From NCBI GenBank assembly GCA_011192125.1, contig DUEL01000055.1, positions 5,770-69,769 on the forward strand: DNA of 64,000 nt, written 5' to 3'. The notes beneath the pieces were generated by a model that ran no database searches, was not told the DNA's origin, and saw nothing but the letters and a program-made list of their open reading frames with translations. The translations under genes and the position numbers were made by a program. This stretch comes from Thermoflexia bacterium. Lineage in GTDB: Bacteria > Chloroflexota > Anaerolineae > B4-G1 > DUEL01. How positions within the stretch are numbered: position 1 is the first letter of the stretch; each line of letters begins with the position of its first letter. Below, in pieces: positions 10,102 to 19,163 of this stretch.

Positions 10102-11475
10102 GTGAGCGATGAACAATCTCAGGCGCGAAGGGGTCGGCATTGGACCCTCGCGTTGCTCCTGACGCTTGCGCTGGTTCGGGGCTGTCTGTATATGACGGTG
10201 GTCCCTCCTTGGCAGGCACCAGACGAGACTGGTCACTTTGAGTATGCCTGGCTTATTGCCCGCTTGGGATGTCTGCCTACCTCCGATGACCTCTCTTCGG
10301 GTTTCGAGCAGGAACTCCTGGCCTCTCTCTATGAATGGCGCTATGGTGATTTCATTGATCGGCCTCTGCCCGAGCGTATGCCCGCCCAAATGCACGATCT
10401 GCCGGCTCAGATATTTGCCGCTCGCTCGCGGACGGTCATACCCCAGCGCTTTTCTCTTGCCTATCTCTGGCAGGCCTTGTTCATATGGCCGTTTCGGCAT
10501 CAAGATTTGGTCTTTCAATTATATGCTGCTCGTTTCTCGTCGGTCGTTCTGAACCTTGCCGTTGTCTGGCTAGCCTGGTGTATCTTTCATCGCTTGGTCC
10601 CCCGGGCGTGGGCAGTGGCGATGACGGCCTTTGTGGTCTTCTTGCCCCAGCACACGTTCATTAATACCGCAGTAAATGAAGGGCCACTCACGGAACTTGC
10701 TGCTTGTGTAGTACTCTACGCCTGGCTGTGTGTAGTGCAAGATGGAGCCTCTGTGAGGAGCATTGCAGCCGTGCTTGGAGGCACAGTTATCGGGATATGG
10801 ACCAAGAAGACAGCGCTGTTCTTGATCCCTCTGGACTTATTGATGCTCGCGTTCCTGGGGATCGCTCGGTTCAGGGGAGCGGCTCGAAGCCGGGGATTGA
10901 GAGTGCTGGGGTTGCTGGTTGTGTTGGCTGGTAGCCTCGCGGCGATCGTCTCGCAGACGGCTATGGGGCGGGAGGTGTTCACGATCCTTGCACGCTGGTG
11001 GTCAACCCCCCAGTTCTATCTGGAGAACGAGCGTGTGTCGATCGGGCGGGTGCTGTGGCGCACCTTAGATAGTTTCTGGGCTCAATTCGGTTGGATGAGT
11101 GTGCGCGCTGGATACGGCTGGTATGTAGCGATTTATCTCCTCACCGTGCTGGCTTTCGAGGGTTGGCTCCTTCCTCGCTCCAATGAGTGCTCAGCATCAG
11201 TGGAGACGAAGGTAGTAATGGGAGGAGCATTGCTATTAGCCCCGGTGGTGTGGTTGACTTTCGTGGTTACCATACCAAACGGCCTGGCATATTACCAAGG
11301 GCGCTATCTGTTCCCTGTGGTTGTTCCGATCGCTTTCTATTTGGTGGGCGGATGGGCTCGCTGGACACCGCCCCGCTTTCGACGATATGCTCCGTTGGGC
11401 GTCGTGGTATTGTTGGTTGTCCTAGACGCCACAGTGTGGTTCCTGAGTATGTGGCCTTATTTCTATGTCCGATAG
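10102..11475 (+). CDS. Polytopic membrane protein, possible GT-C/DUF2142-like glycosyltransferase; start uncertain (ORF opens at 10009; GTG 10102 chosen)
   Basis: About 11 hydrophobic helices; conserved-looking PPWQAPDETGHFEYA loop; purine-rich RBS region upstream of 10102. Confidence 0.45.
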   Translation: MSDEQSQARRGRHWTLALLLTLALVRGCLYMTVVPPWQAPDETGHFEYAWLIARLGCLPTSDDLSSGFEQELLASLYEWRYGDFIDRPLPERMPAQMHDLPAQIFAARSRTVIPQRFSLAYLWQALFIWPFRHQDLVFQLYAARFSSVVLNLAVVWLAWCIFHRLVPRAWAVAMTAFVVFLPQHTFINTAVNEGPLTELAACVVLYAWLCVVQDGASVRSIAAVLGGTVIGIWTKKTALFLIPLDLLMLAFLGIARFRGAARSRGLRVLGLLVVLAGSLAAIVSQTAMGREVFTILARWWSTPQFYLENERVSIGRVLWRTLDSFWAQFGWMSVRAGYGWYVAIYLLTVLAFEGWLLPRSNECSASVETKVVMGGALLLAPVVWLTFVVTIPNGLAYYQGRYLFPVVVPIAFYLVGGWARWTPPRFRRYAPLGVVVLLVVLDATVWFLSMWPYFYVR

Positions 11476-11524
11476 GTCCGTCTTAGGAAACGAGCAGTTC
11501 CCGCACTGTCAGGGAGGGTCGGCT

Positions 11525-12964
11525 ATGAAAAGGATATTGGCTGCCATAGGTTTTGCGGTGTTAGGTATCACCCTATTGCTTGTCGCGGGTAGGGAGGTAT
11601 GGGCGGTGGTTCCCGCTGGTGATCAGAGGCCGTCCTGGCACGTACAGGAGCAGACATCCACAGTTTATCTCCCCCTCGTTGTGCGTCGCTATGATCCCAC
11701 TTATGTCTCTCCCTTTGGCATCGTGATGTATGGCAGGGTGGACGACGCCTCTGGCCTTCAGGTAATGAAGGACGCGGGAAGCAAGTGGGTAACCACAATA
11801 TTGCGCTGGTCCGACATCGAATCCACAGAAGGTTCCTATGACTGGTCGAGTTTTGATACCAAGGCCCAAAATGCCCAGGCGGCGGGAATGGAAGTCTTTG
11901 TCCTCTTCACAGGTAATCCGCCCTGGGCAGCCGCCCTTCCTGGTGGTCCGGTGACCGATACTCAGGACCTAGTGAGCTTTGTCACCATGATGGTTGAGCG
12001 ATACGACTGCGACGGGGTGAACGATGCCCCAGGCTCGCCCTGTGTGCACTACTGGTCCTTCTACGCTGAGCCGGATAACGGGGATATTAACCGGGCTCGA
12101 GCAGGGAAAGGATACTGGGGACACGATGGCGCGGGGTATGCTGCGATGCTGTCTCAGGTCTCGCCTGCCATTCATGCTGCCAGTCCGCGCGCGAAGGTGC
12201 TTATTGGTGGCATAGCCTACGACTACTTCGAGCCGGATGGTCCTTTCGTTCGATCCTTCCTTACAGATACACTCTCAGCGCTTAACACCTATCCGGGCGG
12301 GGCTGGAGCGTACATTGATGCTGTAGCCTTTCATTACTATCCTATCAATCCAGCGTGGTCCTCCATCCGTGAAAAAGCTATGGAGATTCGGAGCATTATG
12401 GAACGGCATGGGGTGGGCGATCTCCCGATGATCTGCCCGGAGATGGGGTACTGGAGCGCGGAGGAGGCGGGTAGCAGTGAGGCGATCCAGGCGCGACGCC
12501 TAGTGCAGATGTTTGTCCGCGGCATATCCGTAGGACTTGAGCATATGTCCTGGTTCACCGTCTTTGATGCCTCGCCGGAACAGGTAGCCCAATACCCCAC
12601 TGAGGAGCACGGGCTGTTCCCGTACAACGATCTGACGCACCCCAAGCAGTCTTACTATGCGTACCAGACGCTGACTCAGGAGCTGTATGGAGCTCGTTAT
12701 CTACAGCCACTGGGAACATCCAATGCCGAGGGATATGTCTTCCAGACGCTCGACGGCTACGAGAAAACGGTCCTCTGGGCCACAGTCTCTTCCACTTCGG
12801 TCTCCTTCCCCTACTCGTGTCTGCGTTTAGTAGACACAACCGGCAACGTCTACAGTCCGGTCTACGATGGGGATCCCACCTGGGACTGGGATGGGACGGT
12901 GAACGGTGAGATCGCATTGGGGGTGTATCGGGACACGCCGTTTTATGTTGAGCCTTGTCACTAG
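11525..12964 (+). CDS. Secreted glycoside hydrolase-like protein (TIM-barrel glycanase, GH5/GH39-like)
   Basis: Signal peptide MKRILAAIGFAVLGITLLLVA; RBS GGGAGGG 6 nt upstream; embedded in EPS cluster; NPPW-type segments. Confidence 0.5.
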   Translation: MKRILAAIGFAVLGITLLLVAGREVWAVVPAGDQRPSWHVQEQTSTVYLPLVVRRYDPTYVSPFGIVMYGRVDDASGLQVMKDAGSKWVTTILRWSDIESTEGSYDWSSFDTKAQNAQAAGMEVFVLFTGNPPWAAALPGGPVTDTQDLVSFVTMMVERYDCDGVNDAPGSPCVHYWSFYAEPDNGDINRARAGKGYWGHDGAGYAAMLSQVSPAIHAASPRAKVLIGGIAYDYFEPDGPFVRSFLTDTLSALNTYPGGAGAYIDAVAFHYYPINPAWSSIREKAMEIRSIMERHGVGDLPMICPEMGYWSAEEAGSSEAIQARRLVQMFVRGISVGLEHMSWFTVFDASPEQVAQYPTEEHGLFPYNDLTHPKQSYYAYQTLTQELYGARYLQPLGTSNAEGYVFQTLDGYEKTVLWATVSSTSVSFPYSCLRLVDTTGNVYSPVYDGDPTWDWDGTVNGEIALGVYRDTPFYVEPCH

Positions 12965-12965
12965 C

Positions 12966-13679
12966 ATGGCAAGTAAGTGGCGCGCGCGTCTGTGGGCCTT
13001 GGTCGGCACCACTTTGGTCGCGGTCCTTGGCCTGGTAGGGGTGTCAAAGACGATCTCAGCGGTGGAGACGGCACAACCGCAGGCTTCCACTGTGGTGGGA
13101 GAGCTGGTGAAGGGAACCGAGGTCTGCCAGACGTTCGTCGCCGAATATTCCAATCTCCAGACCGTCTGGGTCAGGATGGGTACCTATGGACGGGAGAACA
13201 CCGGCCCTGTGATCTTCCGTCTGAACGATTCTTCCGAGGCCTCTGAAGAATGGGTCTCCCTTACGATCGATGCTTCGGAGGTGGAGGACAACGTCTATCA
13301 TCCTTTCGCGTTCCCGCCAATTCAGGATGCTTCCGGGCGCTCGTTTTCCTTCTGCCTAGAAGCGCCGGAGGCGGAGCCAGGGAACGCCATCACCGTGTGG
13401 GGGGTGGAGTACGATCTATATCCCGAGGGGAGGGCTTCGCTGAGGGGGCTGGGTGAGCAGGTCGTGCAGGATCTGACGTTCCGTTTGGAATACGAGCCGA
13501 CGCTAAGGGTAAGGTTCGAGGCCTTTTGGGAACGGCTGGCGGAGGGGAAGCCTTCGGGGTGGGGTGACCGTAGGTTCTACCTTGTCCTGCTTGCCCTGTA
13601 TTTGTTCCTCTTGTATGAACTGTTCGTGCAGATGGCGGGTGTTGTGAGAGAAGGGGAGAAAGATGGGCCGAAGAGATAA
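12966..13679 (+). CDS. Hypothetical membrane-anchored protein (N- and C-terminal TM segments)
   Basis: ORF with TM helices at both ends; no recognisable catalytic motif; no clear RBS. Confidence 0.35.
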   Translation: MASKWRARLWALVGTTLVAVLGLVGVSKTISAVETAQPQASTVVGELVKGTEVCQTFVAEYSNLQTVWVRMGTYGRENTGPVIFRLNDSSEASEEWVSLTIDASEVEDNVYHPFAFPPIQDASGRSFSFCLEAPEAEPGNAITVWGVEYDLYPEGRASLRGLGEQVVQDLTFRLEYEPTLRVRFEAFWERLAEGKPSGWGDRRFYLVLLALYLFLLYELFVQMAGVVREGEKDGPKR

Positions 13680-14017
13680 AGATTGGCGTTTCGGTCAGGA
13701 TGTGTTATCATGCAACGCGGGCCACCTGCGGGCCCGTGTTATGGGTTATGGAGAGAGGAACGCCCGACCCGGAGAGCGGTTGCGAGATCGGCGTGCTGGT
13801 CTGTTCCTCACTTACTGATGTTGCAGACTCGCTTGAGTCATTGATACCGGTGCTGTATGTGGGAATCTTCAGCGGGTAGGTGATCTCCGCTAGTTCGGGG
13901 ATCCTGTCCGCAGAAGGCTGAGGGTACGACTTGAGCACAGCGATCCGGAGCAGGAGGTGACCCTTCGCCTCTTCCGCTACAGCGTTGTGGGCACTCCCAG
14001 CGGTATAACGGACTCCA

Positions 14018-15649
14018 TCACCCCCGCCACGCCCGGGTCAACGCTACCTGGGCTGCGTAAGCCTCGACCTGGCGTGTTACCTCCGCCTCGTCCCACCCCA
14101 GGCGTGGGGCCATCACCTGGGCGACGGCCCGCGCCCGCTCCAGCCCGCCGTCCCGCGCCTCGTAGATGACGTGGGTGCGGCGGATCAGGACGTCGTTCAG
14201 CGTGACCGCCATCTCATGTTGCACGGCGTAGAGGGCCTCTGCCATCAGGTAGGGCAGCTCCGGCGCGATCCGCTCCCCCAGCGCCGGATTCTCCTCCACA
14301 TAGGCCATCACCCAGGCTGCGCTGGCTCCGTAGGTGTTGACCAGGTAGGTGTGGACCGCCTCGTCGCCGAGGACCGCCTCCGGCCGCGCCCGCTCCGCCC
14401 CCGGGATCGGCTCCCGCGTGCAGCAGGGGCGTCGCGCCTCCACGCCGAACTCCTCTGCCAGCCGTCGTTCCACCCGGTCCACGATCTGCTCCGCCATCAG
14501 TCGGGCGGTGGTCAGTTTCCCACCCGCCACGGTGATCAGGCCGGAGGGGCTCTCCAGGATCTGGTGCTCGCGGGAGAGGGCGTAGGTCCCACCTTCCGCG
14601 TACAAGAGCGGCCGCAGCCCGGCGTAGGTGCTGACCACGTCCTCCGGCCCGACCTGCGCGCCGGGGAACACGTAGGCCAGCGCCTCCAGCAGGTACTCCA
14701 CGTCCTCCCACGAGGCCGCCGGACTGTCCAGATCGCCCTCGTAATCGGTGTCGGTCGTGCCGACGATGGCGAGCTCCCGCCAGGGGAAGAGGAAGACGTG
14801 GCGGCCGTCGCGAGGGGAGTCGAAAGCGATGGCGTGCTGGGTGGGAAGCCGGTGGCGGGGAATGAGCAGGTGGATCCCCTTTGTGGGGCGGACGGTACGT
14901 CCCCTGAAGTGCTCGTCCGCCTGTCGGACCGTGTCCACCCAGACGCCTGTGGCGTTGACCACCACCCGCGCTCGCACCTCGATCTCCGCCCCCCCGATCC
15001 GGTCCCGCACCACTGCCCCGCACACCCGCCCTTTGGCCTGGAGGAGGTCTATGACCTGGGCGTAGTTGGTCACCACGGCCCCCTCGCGGTGAGCGGCACG
15101 GGCCACTTCCATTGTCAGACGGGCGTCGTCCACCTGGGCATCGTAGAACCGGGCCGCGCCCAACAACCCCCGCCCGCCTAGCAACGGCTCTCGTCGGGCT
15201 ACCTCTTCGGGCTCCAGCCAGCGGTGGCGCTGTACGTTGCGGAAGAGGCTCAACGCGTCGTACAGGGTGAGGCCCAGGCGGAGTTTCCACGGGGCCGGCG
15301 TCTGACCGCGGTAGAGCGGGTAGAGGAAGGGGAGAGGGCGCACCAGACGGGGGGCTATCCTCCGCATCACCCGGCGTTCGTTGCAGCACCGGAAGACCAG
15401 GCTGACCTGGTAGTTCTCCAGATACCGGAGCCCTCCGTGGATCATCCGGGACGACCGGCTGCTGGTCCCCTGGGCGAAATCCCCCTTCTCGACCAGCGCG
15501 GTGCGGAAGCCCCGCATCGCCGCGTCCCGCGCCACCGAGACGCCGGTGATGCCCCCGCCGATGACCAACACGTCGAAGATCTCCGCCGCCAACTGTTCCA
15601 GGTTCTCCTTCCGGGTCGCGGCGGAGAAGGGACGCGGGGACGACTCCAT
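14018..15649 (-). CDS. glpA: FAD-dependent glycerol-3-phosphate dehydrogenase (GlpA/GlpD family)
   Basis: DVLVIGGGITGVSVARDAAMRGF...GTSSRSSRMIHGGLRYLE; start set at internal ATG 15649; the upstream 158 codons of the ORF are GC-rich read-through with no homology pattern. Confidence 0.8.
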   Translation of the reverse strand: MESSPRPFSAATRKENLEQLAAEIFDVLVIGGGITGVSVARDAAMRGFRTALVEKGDFAQGTSSRSSRMIHGGLRYLENYQVSLVFRCCNERRVMRRIAPRLVRPLPFLYPLYRGQTPAPWKLRLGLTLYDALSLFRNVQRHRWLEPEEVARREPLLGGRGLLGAARFYDAQVDDARLTMEVARAAHREGAVVTNYAQVIDLLQAKGRVCGAVVRDRIGGAEIEVRARVVVNATGVWVDTVRQADEHFRGRTVRPTKGIHLLIPRHRLPTQHAIAFDSPRDGRHVFLFPWRELAIVGTTDTDYEGDLDSPAASWEDVEYLLEALAYVFPGAQVGPEDVVSTYAGLRPLLYAEGGTYALSREHQILESPSGLITVAGGKLTTARLMAEQIVDRVERRLAEEFGVEARRPCCTREPIPGAERARPEAVLGDEAVHTYLVNTYGASAAWVMAYVEENPALGERIAPELPYLMAEALYAVQHEMAVTLNDVLIRRTHVIYEARDGGLERARAVAQVMAPRLGWDEAEVTRQVEAYAAQVALTRAWRG

Positions 15650-15657
15650 CTCCCCTC

Positions 15658-17325
15658 CTAGAGCCCGAGTACGCCGGGGTTCATCACCCCTGCGGGGTCC
15701 AAGGCCTTCTTCAGGACCTGCAGGATCCGGACCCCGATCGGGCCGGCCTCCTGGGCCAGCCAGGGCGCGTGGTCCCGACCGATGCCGTGGTGGTGGCTGA
15801 GGACCCCACCGGCAGAGAGGACCGCTTCCGTCGCCGCCCGCTTCACCTCCCACCACTGCTCTACCTCCCGCCCCGAAGCCTGCCGTCCCAGGAAGGTGGT
15901 ATAAAGAGAGGCTCCCTCTTCGTAGATGTGGGAGATATGGGTCATCACGTACCCCGGTCCTCCCTCGCTGGCCCGGATCGCAGCCCGAATAGCGGTGGTC
16001 ATTTCCTCGTAGAGGTGAAGCAGGTTCGACCAGGAGGTCGCTGTCTCGACCGTGTCCACCATCACGCCGAACCCGAGGAGGGTGTCGCGCAGATACGGGT
16101 GGGCGAACCGGTCCCGCTTCCACGACTCTCCGGCGGACCGACCGAGGGGGAACCCGCCGTGGTCCCTACAGATCTCCTCGGCACGTCGCCACCGCCGCGC
16201 GACGCGGGCTACCGCGCCGTCGTATCCCAGCAGGAGGAAACAACTCCCCTCTGGACCCAGCCGGTATCCCCGGCGGGCGAGGTATCCCTCTAGGCCCCGC
16301 TCGATCAGACCACGGAGACCGCGGTGTTCGTGGGCGAGCGCGATGGAGGCCGCTGTCTCAGGACCGTCGGAGAGGCGGGCGATGGTGGGGCGAGGGCCGC
16401 GGTGCATCAGATCTCGCAACGCAGCGATCCCATCCTCCAGGGTGCGGAAGAGGAACCCCCGATAGTCCTGTACCTGGGGCCGGGGGCGGATCCGCATCGT
16501 CGCCTCGGTGATGACGCCGTACGCCCCTTCCGAGCCCACGATGACGTCCAGCAGGCTGGGGCCAGTGGCGACGGCGGGGACTTCCTGCGCCTCCAGGATC
16601 CCCACCGGCGTGACCAGCCGGGCTGCCAGGGTCATCTGTTCGATCTTGCCGTAGCCCGTGGAGGTCTGTCCGGCTCCGCGGGTGGCGATCCATCCGCCGA
16701 GGGTGGAGAACTCGAACGACTGGGGGAAGTGGCCCAGCGTGAAGCCATGCTCCCCCAATTGCGCCTCTACCTCCGGTCCCGTGGCCCCGGCCTGGATGCG
16801 GGCGGTCCACGACTCTCGATCCACCGCCACCAGCCGGTCCAGCCGGGCCATATCCAGCGTGATCACGGGCCGATCCCCCGGCGGCGGCTCCACGGCTCCC
16901 AGCACCGTGCTCCCTCCGCCGAAGGGGACGACCACCACGTCTCGATCGGCGGCCCAGGCCAGCACTGCCGCCACCTGTCCCTCGTCGGCGGGATAGACTA
17001 TCGCGTCGGGCGGGTTGGGGACCTGACCAGCGCGCACTCGCACCAGGTCCCGGTACGCCTTACCACAGGCGTGCTCTACCCTAGCCCGTCGATCCGTCCG
17101 CACTCCCTCCTCGCCGACGATCCGCCGGAGGGAGGCCAACATCGGATCATCCAGACGGGGCGGGCGGAGATCGATCTCCTCGAGGGGGACCGGGGGACGC
17201 TCCCTCAGTTCCTCCGGCAGTTCCAGCCAGGCCCGCAAGGTCGGCCAGAAACGGGGCCTGCCCTCCAGAGGAAACGTGCGGTCCAGCGTTCCCCATCCCC
17301 ACCACCGGAGGTTTGGAATGTCCAT
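15658..17325 (-). CDS. FAD-linked oxidase of the alkyldihydroxyacetone-phosphate synthase (AGPS) type
   Basis: N-terminal NLRWWGWG motif; PCMH FAD domain (VVPFGGGSTVLGA); C-terminal LSHHHGIGRDHA (HHH loop); start set at ATG 17325 (MDIPNLRWWGWG); stop 9 nt before glpA start. Confidence 0.6.
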   Translation of the reverse strand: MDIPNLRWWGWGTLDRTFPLEGRPRFWPTLRAWLELPEELRERPPVPLEEIDLRPPRLDDPMLASLRRIVGEEGVRTDRRARVEHACGKAYRDLVRVRAGQVPNPPDAIVYPADEGQVAAVLAWAADRDVVVVPFGGGSTVLGAVEPPPGDRPVITLDMARLDRLVAVDRESWTARIQAGATGPEVEAQLGEHGFTLGHFPQSFEFSTLGGWIATRGAGQTSTGYGKIEQMTLAARLVTPVGILEAQEVPAVATGPSLLDVIVGSEGAYGVITEATMRIRPRPQVQDYRGFLFRTLEDGIAALRDLMHRGPRPTIARLSDGPETAASIALAHEHRGLRGLIERGLEGYLARRGYRLGPEGSCFLLLGYDGAVARVARRWRRAEEICRDHGGFPLGRSAGESWKRDRFAHPYLRDTLLGFGVMVDTVETATSWSNLLHLYEEMTTAIRAAIRASEGGPGYVMTHISHIYEEGASLYTTFLGRQASGREVEQWWEVKRAATEAVLSAGGVLSHHHGIGRDHAPWLAQEAGPIGVRILQVLKKALDPAGVMNPGVLGL

Positions 17326-17541
17326 GCAGGCTTTCACCCCTGGCGAGACTGGACAAGAAGCGATCAAAAGGGAACCCGCCGGTTCGGGTCCCCGCTGGAT
17401 AGTGTACCCCAGAACTCCGTCCGGCGCAACTGTTGGGTTGCTGACCTTTGGACATCTGAACCTTAAGTTGGAGTGCTTGCGCCCCATTTCAGTTCCGGTA
17501 TACTCAGGAGCGATGGCGTAGGCTCAGGAACGGAGGAGGAG

Positions 17542-18510
17542 ATGAACAATCTTTTGCCAGCAGGTATCACGGCCGTTCCAGGTATTCGCGTCGGTCACGC
17601 TACCGATTTGGAAGGGCTGACTGGCTGCACCGTCGTGCTCTGTGAGAAGGGGGCCGTCGGCGGGGTGGATCAGCGCGGGGGCGCGCCGGGCACCCGTGAG
17701 ACCGACCTCCTGCGCCCGATGCACCTGGTGGAGAAGGTCCACGCCGTGCTGCTGGCCGGGGGCTCTGCCTTCGGCCTGGCCGCCGCCGACGGCGTGGTCC
17801 GTTATCTGGAGGAGCGCGGGGTCGGCTTCGACGCCCGGGTGGCGAAGGTGCCGATCGTGCCCGCAGCCATCCTGTTCGACCTAGATTTGGGGGACCCCGG
17901 CACCCGGCCCGACGCGGCGATGGGGTATGCCGCCTGCGAGGCCGCCGACGACGGGCCGGTGATGGAGGGGAACGTCGGTGTCGGGACCGGCGCGACGGCA
18001 GGGAAGATCCTGGGGATCGGCCGGGCGATGAAGTCGGGCCTGGGCACGGCTGCTTTCAACCTGGGCGGCGGGCTGGTGGTCGGTGCGCTGGTCGCCGCCA
18101 ATCCCCTCGGCGACATCGTCGATCCGGAGACCGGGGAGGTACTGGCCGGGGTTCGGAGACCCCGTGCCGATCGTCCAGGTGGGACGCTAGAGGTTATGCG
18201 TTCCCTCCTGGGCAAGGCTATTCTCCGTTTTGCCTCCAGCACGGTCATCGGCGTCGTGGCGACCAACGCGCGGTTGACCAAGGAAGAGGCCAACAAGGTC
18301 GCGCAGATGGCCCAGGATGGGATCGCCCGCGCGGTCCGTCCGGCCCATACCCTGTTTGATGGGGATACCCTTTTCGCACTTTCTACCGGCAACAAACGGG
18401 CCGACGTCAACCTGGTCGGGGCCTACGCCGCCGAGGCGGTCGCTATGGCGATCGCTCGGGCAGCGCGGGCTGCGGAAGGGGTCGGTGGCCTCCCCGCCTG
18501 GCGGGATTAG
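17542..18510 (+). CDS. DmpA/OAT-type peptidase (S58 family L-aminopeptidase/D-Ala-esterase)
   Basis: ITAVPGIRVGHATD...TGCTVVLCEKGAVGGVDQRGGAPGTRETDLL; RBS GGAGGAGGAG before ATG 17542. Confidence 0.75.
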   Translation: MNNLLPAGITAVPGIRVGHATDLEGLTGCTVVLCEKGAVGGVDQRGGAPGTRETDLLRPMHLVEKVHAVLLAGGSAFGLAAADGVVRYLEERGVGFDARVAKVPIVPAAILFDLDLGDPGTRPDAAMGYAACEAADDGPVMEGNVGVGTGATAGKILGIGRAMKSGLGTAAFNLGGGLVVGALVAANPLGDIVDPETGEVLAGVRRPRADRPGGTLEVMRSLLGKAILRFASSTVIGVVATNARLTKEEANKVAQMAQDGIARAVRPAHTLFDGDTLFALSTGNKRADVNLVGAYAAEAVAMAIARAARAAEGVGGLPAWRD

Positions 18511-18585
18511 AACACCACAGAGAGGCACAGAAGATCTTTGTTCTTTATTTGAAACTCTGTGCTCTCTGCGCCTCTGTGGTGTCCC
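18511..18585 (+). repeat. Dispersed imperfect-palindromic intergenic element, copy A (3' core CTCTGCGCCTCTGTGGTG)
   Basis: caccacagagaggcacagaag...ctctgtgctctctgcgcctctgtggtg; followed by promoter-like TTGACA-17-TATCAT at 18591..18619. Confidence 0.55.
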
Positions 18586-18590
18586 CCGCG

Positions 18591-18619
18591 TTGACAACCG
18601 CTGGAGTCGGTGCTATCAT
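18591..18619 (+). promoter_or_regulatory. Sigma70-like promoter (TTGACA-17-TATCAT) for the TP-rich protein gene
   Basis: ttgaca accgctggagtcggtgc tatcat, 18 nt upstream of ATG 18637. Confidence 0.35.
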
Positions 18620-18636
18620 AGCCCCGGAGTTCGACG

Positions 18637-19137
18637 ATGAGAGAAACCCGTCCGATCCATCTTGCCCTGATCGCCATCATCCTGCTGACGCTGCCTTGCT
18701 ACTGCACGGGGTTTGCCCTTCTCTATGCTCTCTCCACCACTGCTCAACCCACCCCGACGCCGACGCCGACGGTCGCCACCGACACGCCTACTCCGCCCCC
18801 GGCCTCGCCAACCCATACCCTTGAGCCGACGCCGACCCAGTGGTTCCCGCCGACCGAGACCCCGACGCCCACGGATACGCCGACGCCGTCGGCCACGCCG
18901 ACGCTCACCCCCACCTCCACCGCCACGCCGACCCTCACGCCGACGATGACCTCCACGCCGACTCCGACCAACACGCCTACGCCCACCCTCACCGCTTCCC
19001 CGACCCCCACCGACACGTCCACTCCTACTCCTACCTCCACTTCGACCCCCACGCCGAGTCCCACGCTCACCGTCACTCCGACCCCCACCTTCACGCCCAC
19101 ACCGACCATCACCGCGACGGTCCCGATCACCCCTTGA
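18637..19137 (+). CDS. Membrane-anchored or secreted Thr/Pro-rich low-complexity protein (PT-linker/mucin-like)
   Basis: Hydrophobic N-terminus [17 protein letters not shown] then about 120 aa of (T/S)PT(P/D)T repeats; promoter-like and RBS signals upstream; antisense RG/GV-rich ORFs judged artefacts. Confidence 0.5.
   Translation: MRETRPIHLALIAIILLTLPCYCTGFALLYALSTTAQPTPTPTPTVATDTPTPPPASPTHTLEPTPTQWFPPTETPTPTDTPTPSATPTLTPTSTATPTLTPTMTSTPTPTNTPTPTLTASPTPTDTSTPTPTSTSTPTPSPTLTVTPTPTFTPTPTITATVPITP
18740..19130 (+). repeat. Tandem codon-level repeat (ACN-CCN-ACN-CCG units) encoding the TP-rich tract
   Basis: Visible periodicity ccgacgccgacgccgac / acgccgaccctcacgccgacg throughout the interval. 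Confidence 0.7.
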
Positions 19138-19163
19138 GCGCAATCGTAAGGAGAGACTTCGGT

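Noticed and set aside
13726-13750. Short GGGCC/GGCCC stem (gcgggccacctgcgggccc) after hypothetical gene 12966..13679, considered as a terminator
   Set aside because: Only about 5-6 bp stem and a weak T-tract; cannot be distinguished from chance in this GC-rich DNA.
14171-15389. Long overlapping ORFs (14171..15181 +, 14214..15389 -, 14349..14585 +, 14748..15065 +) inside the glpA region
   Set aside because: GC-rich alternative-frame artefacts with Arg/Gly/Pro-rich low-complexity translations. glpA in the other frame has clear family motifs.
17380-17420. Possible tRNA T-arm-like sequence (gccggttcgggtcccc) upstream of the AGPS-like gene
   Set aside because: The stem does not pair (gccgg/ccccg) and no acceptor or anticodon arms could be built, so it is not a tRNA.
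16052-17466. ORFs 16052..16465 +, 16324..17466 +, 16358..16810 -, 16658..16996 + overlapping the AGPS-like gene
   Set aside because: No motifs and Arg/Pro/Gly-rich; typical high-GC shadow ORFs.
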